58,100 nt of DNA, taken from the NCBI GenBank assembly GCA_900317165.1, contig ONFU01000014.1, positions 1 through 58,100 on the forward strand, written 5' to 3'. Numbering within the stretch: position 1 is the first letter of the stretch; each line of letters opens with the position of its first letter. Made by a program: the position numbers and the translations under genes. The DNA comes from an uncultured Erysipelotrichaceae bacterium (GTDB taxonomy: Bacteria; Bacillota_I; Bacilli_A; RFN20; CAG-826). Shown here in pieces: positions 57,924 through 58,100 of this stretch. The notes below the pieces were generated by a model, which was not told the origin of the DNA, made no database searches, and saw only the letters and a list, made by a program, of their open reading frames with translations.

Positions 57924-58100
57924 ATGAAGAAACAGGAATTCATTGATAATATTGATTCCCTTGCTAAGGAATTATCCTTGGAAAGGATTGAGGAAGATTC
58001 GTATTATGGCCTTTATGAAGGTTATGAAATCAATATGGTGATTTTCCATAAAGGGGCGTTGCCCTTACGTTTTCTTATATCCACCCATATAGATAGGGGG
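57924..58100 (+). CDS. Hypothetical protein, truncated by the window end
   Basis: Open frame from ATG 57924 (MKKQEFIDNIDSLAKEL...) to the end. Confidence 0.45.
   Translation, partial: MKKQEFIDNIDSLAKELSLERIEEDSYYGLYEGYEINMVIFHKGALPLRFLISTHIDRG

Overview
This 58.1-kb window is bacterial chromosome (standard genetic code, moderate GC), most likely from a reduced-genome, host-associated Bacilli lineage such as RFN20/RF39. That assignment is inferred from the Mollicutes-like gene order tig-lon-engB, CIRCE-controlled lon, a division cluster with no pbp/mur genes, and many lipoproteins. Most of the window is housekeeping: fba, valS and ileS with T-boxes, engB, lon, tig, gap, tRNA-Arg(UCU), uvrC, a frameshifted mutS2, rnhC, rluD, lspA, ftsZ, ftsA, rsmH, mraZ, typA, ribF and truB. 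Accessory genes lie between them: a GH13 glucosidase with a PucR-type regulator, a heterodimeric ABC exporter, a diguanylate cyclase-lipoprotein-GT2 cluster, S41/CotH/SASA lipoproteins and an AAA-DUF4143 ATPase. The most unusual locus is at 47.8-48.8 kb. There a stand-alone 173-aa protein resembling MuF-C/PBECR RNase-fold proteins is transcribed divergently from two tandem ~198-bp units. Each unit has its own sigma-A promoter, a ~155-nt structured body with compensatory base changes between copies, and a terminator. This is a candidate undescribed nuclease + ncRNA system (type III toxin-antitoxin-like or RNA-directed). The nuclease-like gene shares a 40-bp, identically spaced promoter-like motif with two other small genes (at 4.4 kb and 17.4 kb), suggesting an uncharacterised alternative-sigma regulon. 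Also notable are an orphan Nif11-type double-glycine precursor, four 33-bp repeats upstream of the AAA-DUF4143 gene, and a 17-bp tandem duplication that breaks mutS2.
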